Part shown: one piece after another, positions 57,397-62,497 of the stretch
How the letters are laid out: each line of letters begins with the position of its first letter
Position numbering within the stretch: the first letter of the stretch is position 1
From: an uncultured bacterium
GTDB taxonomy: Bacteria; CSSED10-310; CAZUFC01
Length of the DNA stretch: 62,497 bases
Direction: 5' to 3'
Assembly (NCBI GenBank): GCA_964619725.1
Contig: CAZUFC010000037.1
Span: 2,223 to 64,719, forward strand
Notes under the pieces: model-generated
Seen by the model: the letters and a program-made list of their open reading frames with translations, nothing else
Told to the model about the DNA's origin: nothing
Databases searched by the model: none
Program-made: the position numbers and the translations under genes

Positions 57397-59820
57397 ATGT
57401 TCAGCTCAAGATCGGACAGTAAAACTAAAAATGCTCCCGGCTGGAGCTGGGGGATCGTCCTGTTTGTCGTGGTTTTTCTTTTTTGTTTTTTCAAGATAAA
57501 CGAATCCGATGTTTTTATGCACATTCGGAATGGAGAATATATCGTCGAAACGGGGTCCATACCTGTTTATGACGTATTCTCTTTTACCTGCGCCGGCAGA
57601 CCCTGGGTCAACCATGAATGGCTTTTCGGTTTGGCAGCCTATTTCGTTCACCTGGCAACGGGATATCAGGGCGTTAATTTGATGAAGATGTTTGTGATCA
57701 GCCTTTCTTTTCTGATCATGTGGCGCATTGCCGTATTATCCGGGGCCTCCCCTTCCCTGACCGCAGCCATAGGCGCAGCCGCGGCATCGGCAGCCCGGTT
57801 TCATTTTTTTGCCAGGCCCCAGATTTTCACCTATCTCTTTACAGCCGTCTTCTTCGGACTGCTCCTCCGCAAAAAGAAGGGAATCGACTATAAATTACTG
57901 TGGCTGCCTGTTCTGATGATACCCTGGACCAATATTCATGCGGCCTGCGTAATAGGCCCTGCATTGATAGCTCTGCACCTGGCCGTCGCGTTCGCCGCCT
58001 CCCTGGTGCGAGCCGGAAAACTTTCCGATATTGAAAAGAAGGAAAAACAGGGCCTGCTGTTTGAGGGCATTATATTAGCGTCCTGCTTTTTGGCGTCCCT
58101 CATCAACCCGAACGGAATTCATGTCTGGACGTATATCGGTCAGGTTACAGGCATTGAGGGTTACACTATTCGCGAATGGAGCGCTGCGGTTTCTTTTTTT
58201 CAGACGCCTAAACTTTTCGTTTTTTTAATTCTTGTATCTGCATTGGCCCTGATAACCGTTAAATTTCAAAATGCCTTCGCTATGCTTTACCTTGCGGCTT
58301 CAGCATACGGGACAGTCAAATCCATTCGGCACGCAGAATTTCTGGCGCTCATGGCCCTTCCGGGCGCCGGCATATCCCTGGGCCGCGCTCTGAACAATCT
58401 TAAAAAATACAGGTCGCTCCTGAAACACTCTCTGCCCTTATTCGCTTCTGTTCTCATTTTATGTATCATTCTCACGGAATATCATACGATATGGGGAGAC
58501 GACCCCAGGTTGTTCAGGTTCGGGCTCGGCGTCAATACTCAGTTGTTTTCCTATAAAGTTCCCCAATACCTGGAATATTACGACATCGACGGCCGATTTT
58601 ATAATGACGGGTTTTTGGGCGGTTTCATCATGCAGGAATGGCCGGGCAAACCTGAAGTCTTCCTTGACGGCCGCGCAGACGTCTACCGTAAACTGCATCA
58701 ACGCCTCATGTCGGAACCTTTCATGCAAATTATGGATGATTACAGTGTTAAATATGCCGTAATCGACAATTCCTGGGGCGATAACCGGTTACGCGATATG
58801 TTGCTGATGGACAAGCAGAATTGGGCTCTGACTCTTTACGGCGACTATTACCTTCTTCTACTGCGCCGGATTCCTGAACATGAAAAAGCGATTCGGGAAA
58901 CCGAGGTTCATTATTACAGATTAAATCTGGATTTTTCCGGCTTCTCTGTTGAAGACCGCAATAGAGCGCTCGCAGAATTCAAAGAGCTGTCAAGATTGCA
59001 TCCTGATACGGCCTATAATTTTCTGGCAGTAAGTCAACTGAGTATTCTGAACCGTGATTTCGATACGGCACGGACATTTCTGAAAAGAGCGCTCAGGATT
59101 GAAAGCTACCGGCCTCTTCCCTACCTGACCCTGGCTCATTATTTTATGGCGCAGAATCAATGGAAAAAAGCGGAAAAAGCTGTCGAGGCCGCTAAACAGC
59201 GCAGAGCCGCAGGCGTGTTCCCCAACCTTTTATATGCCGAGACCGGCATGCGCACGGGAGATTACGCTCAGGCGATCAAGGCGCTTAAACGAGTCCTTGA
59301 ATTGAATCCCCGCATATTGGAAGCCTGGGACATGCTGATTTCCGCTTACCGGTCGAACGGAAATATCCGGGCTGCCATGCGTGCGGAAGAGGAATCGAAA
59401 CGATATCGTCAGGAAATGGAACAAAATTTTCAGCGAATGGAACAGGAGAAATCGGAGGCATGGCGACAGGCGTTGGCTGCAGCCGAAAACGCCATGAATA
59501 ATAAAGATATTCCCGGCGCAGAAAAGGCTTTCCTGCACGCTCTGAAAATTAAACCGGAAGAAGAAAGAAGCTGGCTCAACCTGGCGCGCTTCTACGATCT
59601 TCAGGGACAAATGGAACAAGCCGTCGATACGCTCAATCAAGGCCTTAAAAACCTCCCCCGGTCAATTCCCCTGAAAACAGCGCTGGGACTGACATTGCTC
59701 AAACAGGGTAAAATCGATCAGGCTCAGAAAAACCTTCAGCCTTACCTCGATTCACCGGAAGACCTTCCCGGATTTCCAACACGGGATGAAATAAAAACAA
59801 TGACGACGCAGGATGAATGA
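57397..59820 (+). CDS. GT-C-like polytopic membrane protein with C-terminal TPR repeats (TMTC-like architecture)
   Basis: SDVFMHIRNG..IP..DVFSFT..WVNHEWL, RPQIF, WTNIHA, INPNG, I.EW, VFLDGRADVY; TPR motifs. Confidence 0.75.
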   Translation: MFSSRSDSKTKNAPGWSWGIVLFVVVFLFCFFKINESDVFMHIRNGEYIVETGSIPVYDVFSFTCAGRPWVNHEWLFGLAAYFVHLATGYQGVNLMKMFVISLSFLIMWRIAVLSGASPSLTAAIGAAAASAARFHFFARPQIFTYLFTAVFFGLLLRKKKGIDYKLLWLPVLMIPWTNIHAACVIGPALIALHLAVAFAASLVRAGKLSDIEKKEKQGLLFEGIILASCFLASLINPNGIHVWTYIGQVTGIEGYTIREWSAAVSFFQTPKLFVFLILVSALALITVKFQNAFAMLYLAASAYGTVKSIRHAEFLALMALPGAGISLGRALNNLKKYRSLLKHSLPLFASVLILCIILTEYHTIWGDDPRLFRFGLGVNTQLFSYKVPQYLEYYDIDGRFYNDGFLGGFIMQEWPGKPEVFLDGRADVYRKLHQRLMSEPFMQIMDDYSVKYAVIDNSWGDNRLRDMLLMDKQNWALTLYGDYYLLLLRRIPEHEKAIRETEVHYYRLNLDFSGFSVEDRNRALAEFKELSRLHPDTAYNFLAVSQLSILNRDFDTARTFLKRALRIESYRPLPYLTLAHYFMAQNQWKKAEKAVEAAKQRRAAGVFPNLLYAETGMRTGDYAQAIKALKRVLELNPRILEAWDMLISAYRSNGNIRAAMRAEEESKRYRQEMEQNFQRMEQEKSEAWRQALAAAENAMNNKDIPGAEKAFLHALKIKPEEERSWLNLARFYDLQGQMEQAVDTLNQGLKNLPRSIPLKTALGLTLLKQGKIDQAQKNLQPYLDSPEDLPGFPTRDEIKTMTTQDE

Positions 59821-60039
59821 TGTTTCAATGAAGCCGCCGCAGAATCTTCGCCAGGCCGCCGGCAGCCTGACGCAGCATTGAGCAAATCGGCCGTTTGCGC
59901 ACAGAAACACATTAGTCTCCGGCTTTCTTCCTGAACGGCTCCTTCCGCTTATTTTTTCCTTGCGGAATCCGTCTTTCAGCGTTATAGTGCTAAGGATGAA
60001 ATACTCCTTACCGGATCATGGAAAACGCGGAATCCGAAT

Positions 60040-60558
60040 ATGAAACCAAGATATTTTTTTTGTCTCTTTTTATCAGTCGTTCTATTTCATTTCGGTTGCG
60101 GGTATGCGCTCGTGGGCCGGGGCGGCTTCTGGCCGGAACATATTCAAACCATGGCCGTACCCGTTTTCAAAAATATGACTTTTCAGCACGGACTGGAAAA
60201 TATTCTCACCAGCGCGGTAATCGAAAAATTCGAACAGTATGGGCGTGTTGAGATAATTAAATCCGAAGCCAATGCGGATTCGGTGTTAAAGGGAATAATC
60301 AAGAATTATCATATTCAGCCTATACTGAACAATGCCGGCAGAGCAGCGGAATACAGAATCGAAATAACCGCTGCGATTATGCTGAGAGACGAAGTCAAAA
60401 AGGAAACTTACTGGCGGGATGATTATTTTCATTTCTCCAACCAGTATGAGTTGTCCGAGAATTTAGCATCAAGCATTGAAAACAAGAGAACAGCCTGGGA
60501 AGATGCAGGGGAGGATTTTGCGGAATCTATCGTCAGTATTATTCTGGAAGGTTTTTGA
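60040..60558 (+). CDS. lptE: LptE-like lipoprotein
   Basis: Lipobox FGCGY, AVPVFKN.T, ADSVLKG.I, EYRI.I, C-terminal helix ending in F. Confidence 0.7.
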   Translation: MKPRYFFCLFLSVVLFHFGCGYALVGRGGFWPEHIQTMAVPVFKNMTFQHGLENILTSAVIEKFEQYGRVEIIKSEANADSVLKGIIKNYHIQPILNNAGRAAEYRIEITAAIMLRDEVKKETYWRDDYFHFSNQYELSENLASSIENKRTAWEDAGEDFAESIVSIILEGF

Positions 60559-60561
60559 AGC

Positions 60562-60969
60562 ATGAAAGGCCGTACCGTAAATATCATCGTGATCGATGAT
60601 GATGTGAATGTGAGAGACACTTATGAACTGATCGTTGACCAGGTGTGCGAATCCGTGGATAACCTGGATTATCGAATCCATTCCACAGACTCTGGTTCCC
60701 AGGCGCTTGAGTGGATTAATTCCATGAACGTCGATTTAGTCGTTCAGGACATATTTCGTCCGGGACTGAACGGACTGGAGCTGCTTAAAATAATCCGGGA
60801 AAAATACCCTCAGGAAAACATTGCCGTCGTCCTGGTTTCCGGACGCATCGGCTCAGACGTGCAGGAAGAGGAATTGTCTGCAGCGGGCGCTGACTGCTGG
60901 GTGAAAAAACCTCATCTCTGGCCCGACCTCGAGGATTACGTCAAGAAACTCCTGGAAAGAATCCATTAG
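60562..60969 (+). CDS. Single-domain response regulator
   Basis: IVIDDD, VQDIFRPGLNG, LVSG, KKP. Confidence 0.88.
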   Translation: MKGRTVNIIVIDDDVNVRDTYELIVDQVCESVDNLDYRIHSTDSGSQALEWINSMNVDLVVQDIFRPGLNGLELLKIIREKYPQENIAVVLVSGRIGSDVQEEELSAAGADCWVKKPHLWPDLEDYVKKLLERIH

Positions 60970-61209
60970 CGGTCAGGAATCCGACGAATCGCTACACTTA
61001 AAATCTACAAGCGCTGGACCGCCCCGTCATGCCGAAATAAAAACGATTTCGTTGTCAGGCGCTGATGTAGCTTTTGCAATTTTCAGGGCAATCCCTCCAT
61101 TACGGAAATAATGAGTATTTTCATTCTTCTCGCAGCGCCGTTTCGACATAGCTGACGACAAAGGATATCGTGAAAAGAGCGGCATAATCAGCCCTAAATT
61201 TTTCAGTTC

Positions 61210-61239
61210 TTTGACTTTACTGTCAAAAACGGATATGAT
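61210..61239 (+). promoter_or_regulatory. Sigma70 promoter with a palindromic operator-like site over the -35
   Basis: TTGACT-17 bp-TATGAT; TTTGAC-N6-GTCAAA palindrome at 61210-61227. Confidence 0.65.
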
Positions 61240-61346
61240 TATAGTGTTTATGTTGGGGCTTCCCGGCGCCGGACACTTGACGGTCGGGTATCCGGGAAAG
61301 CTGAAAATTTGATATTTAAGGAAGGAGGGAAATTATCAAGACCAAA

Positions 61347-61763
61347 ATGCGAGCCCTTGTTTTGCCTGTCTTTGTGATCGCTCTGTCGCTGATCCTGGGC
61401 GCGTCTGCGAATGGCGCGGGTCAGAGCAGCGACAGTTTTATCATACCGAATGATGTGATCAGCACAGGCGGAGGAGAAAGAAATTCCACAACGTTCATTG
61501 TGAATGACACCGTTGGTCAGTCGTCGCCTGTCGGGATATCGACGGGGACTGACCTGGTCGTTCACGGAGGGTTCTGGGGCCCGATGGAGCCGGCGGTCGT
61601 ACCGACGCCTACGTATGTTCCGACAGAAGAACCGACTCCGACAATCACGGCGACGCCGACGATGGCGCCGGTGCCGGCTGTAACCCCATTGGGAGGAATA
61701 GGTTTACTGATTTTAGTCGGGGGGCTGCTGGCCGCTTCGACGCGAACGGGTAAACGAAATTGA
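61347..61763 (+). CDS. Small secreted protein with Pro/Thr linker and sorting tail
   Basis: Signal peptide; DVISTGGG...DTVGQ...HGGFW domain; PTPT linker; tail VPAVTPLG-TM-RTGKRN. Confidence 0.85.
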   Translation: MRALVLPVFVIALSLILGASANGAGQSSDSFIIPNDVISTGGGERNSTTFIVNDTVGQSSPVGISTGTDLVVHGGFWGPMEPAVVPTPTYVPTEEPTPTITATPTMAPVPAVTPLGGIGLLILVGGLLAASTRTGKRN

Positions 61764-61785
61764 ATTAGGGAGGAACTGAAGACTG

Positions 61786-62497
61786 ATGAAATTTAAATTA
61801 TTGCTTATATTTTTGCTTGCGGGATTGCAGGCCGGAATTGTATTTACTGCGATCCCGTATGAAATTAACTACCAGGGACATCTGACGGATTCAGCGGGAG
61901 ACCCGCTGGAGGGAGTGTTTCTTTTTGTTTTCAGGATTTATGATGTTGAAACCGGCGGAACAGCGCTGTGGGAAGAAACCCATTTGCTGGAAGTATCAGG
62001 AGGAGTCTTCCATGCTCTATTGGGTGAAGCCAATCCCATCGATCCGATGCTGGTTGACTTTGACGGTGATTTCTGGCTTGAAATAGAAATAGACAGTGAG
62101 ATTCTGGTCCCTCGTCAACCCTTATCCAGCGTAGGCCAGGCTTATCGTTCAGAAAACGCGGATGACGTTTACGATCAGGAAATACATCCGAGAAGCCTGA
62201 CGATCACGGGTTACGGCCAGGTGATCAACGACCTGGGACAATGGGTCGGTGATCCCACAGGATTAACCGGACCGACCGGTCCTCAGGGCCATACCGGACC
62301 CGCAGGACCGCAGGGCGATACGGGCATGGTCGGTCCTCAGGGCGATACAGGAATGATGGGGCCCCAGGGCCATACAGGACCCGTAGGACCGCAGGGCGAT
62401 ACGGGCATGGTCGGTCCCCAGGGCGATACGGGAATGATGGGTCCCCAGGGCCATACAGGACCCGTAGGACCGCAGGGCGATACGGGCATGGTCGGTC
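61786..62497 (+). CDS. Secreted collagen-like fibre protein, paralog of 41273-44416; 3' end runs off the window
   Basis: Absent from the ORF track. Manual translation: [41 protein letters not shown]...GGTALWEE...[23 protein letters not shown]...[17 protein letters not shown], then collagen repeats with an 81-bp unit [27 protein letters not shown]. Confidence 0.9.
   Translation, partial: MKFKLLLIFLLAGLQAGIVFTAIPYEINYQGHLTDSAGDPLEGVFLFVFRIYDVETGGTALWEETHLLEVSGGVFHALLGEANPIDPMLVDFDGDFWLEIEIDSEILVPRQPLSSVGQAYRSENADDVYDQEIHPRSLTITGYGQVINDLGQWVGDPTGLTGPTGPQGHTGPAGPQGDTGMVGPQGDTGMMGPQGHTGPVGPQGDTGMVGPQGDTGMMGPQGHTGPVGPQGDTGMVG

Overview
Bacterial chromosomal window, probably from a diderm lineage (an LptE-like gene is present). 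It has about 33 CDS and no rRNA, tRNA, CRISPR array, transposase or phage module that I can see. Cell-surface biology dominates. (i) An 18.5-kb block (3115-21663) encodes GT-C-type membrane glycosyltransferase-like proteins: TIGR03663-like, DUF2298/YYY, a 2087-aa PMT_2-DUF2298-NHL fusion and an ArnT/PMT-like protein. A further GT-C-TPR gene lies at 57397. (ii) At least seven secreted proteins carry Pro/Thr-rich linkers or a C-terminal sorting tail. Five end in an IPTL-CTERM-like [VI]P[AF]-TM-basic tail and one ends in a different ~115-aa C-terminal domain. (iii) Two paralogous secreted collagen-like fibres are present, one directly behind a small sorting-signal-bearing protein. Housekeeping genes (greA, clpP, RlmI-like, coaX, nadC, M3 peptidase) and several response regulators are interspersed. 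Intergenic DNA holds a ~135-150-bp dispersed repeat family, nested inverted repeats around a Kelch gene, REP-like hairpins and a small DnaA-box cluster. Family assignments come from motif recognition by eye; no database searches were run.
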